Assembly (NCBI RefSeq): GCF_036971445.1
Contig: NC_091475.1
Span: 157,170,001-157,234,000 of the forward strand
Length of the DNA: 64,000 nucleotides
Direction: 5' to 3'
DNA from: Narcine bancroftii
Taxonomy: Eukaryota
Below the pieces are notes generated by a model. It saw only the letters and a list, made by a program, of their open reading frames with translations, ran no database searches and was not told the origin of the DNA. Shown piece after piece: positions 63,386 through 64,000 of this stretch; the first letter of the stretch is position 1; every line of letters begins with the position of its first letter. A program made the position numbers and the translations under genes.

Positions 63386-64000
63386 ATTTGATTAATGAAA
63401 CAAATTGTGCATCTTTTTCCTTCACATTGTCAACTTTTGACTTTAATGAATTAAACACTCACAATATATGTGATCTAAAATAATACAGAATAAGTTGATA
63501 CTATAATTTAATTATCATCCTGGCATGGAAAAAGCATGATGTTTCTTTGTATCGAAAGATGGTATGAAGGCCACATGTGCATATAAGACAATTCCCACAC
63601 CGGGCCAAGCTGTGATGCTTATTACCCAACAGATTGCGTGATGCACTGAATAGCTGCATCGTGCCAGTCACCTGGTTCCAGACTTCATTCTTAAAACACA
63701 GTTAACTGGGGTGAGCTGGAGATCTGATGGCAGCACATTGGTTATCTGCTCTGCCACTGGATTGGCGTTGGAACCATAGATGGAGTCAAATGTTCTGAGC
63801 TGCAGGTCTGGATGAACTTTGCATTCAGTAATCCAGTTTTTCAACAATGATGGTTGTCTACATTGTAGAAATCTTTTCATTTAAATGGGATTGTTGACCT
63901 AGACTGAAAAGGTAAGAGCAGGTAATATGTCTTTTTATTACCTCTTTAGTTTACTTAATCTAAATGTTTTTGTTTAATATTCATCACAAATTAAAAATCT

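Overview
Vertebrate genomic DNA; the repeat content suggests a cartilaginous fish (inference). The window holds the conserved ANKRD42-(PCF11)-RAB30-DDIAS-PRCP block. I reconstructed by hand ANKRD42 coding exons 1-4 (minus), the last RAB30 coding exon (plus), a complete 4-exon DDIAS CDS (997 aa, minus) and PRCP coding exons 1-3 (plus). PCF11 and the upstream RAB30 exons were not seen; they would fall where a 200-N assembly gap sits. Introns and spacers are dense with decayed mobile DNA: two Gypsy LTR elements, a pogo transposon, and L1, RTE, CR1, Rex1 and Penelope pieces. The most notable features are (1) a decayed env-bearing endogenous retrovirus with two nested solo LTRs, lying with G/C-skewed minisatellites between the head-to-head DDIAS and PRCP starts; (2) an ORF1-only, TSD-flanked half-L1; and (3) a twin-priming inverted L1. 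I found no evidence of an intact novel protein-coding system. Family assignments rest on remembered motifs, not on searches.
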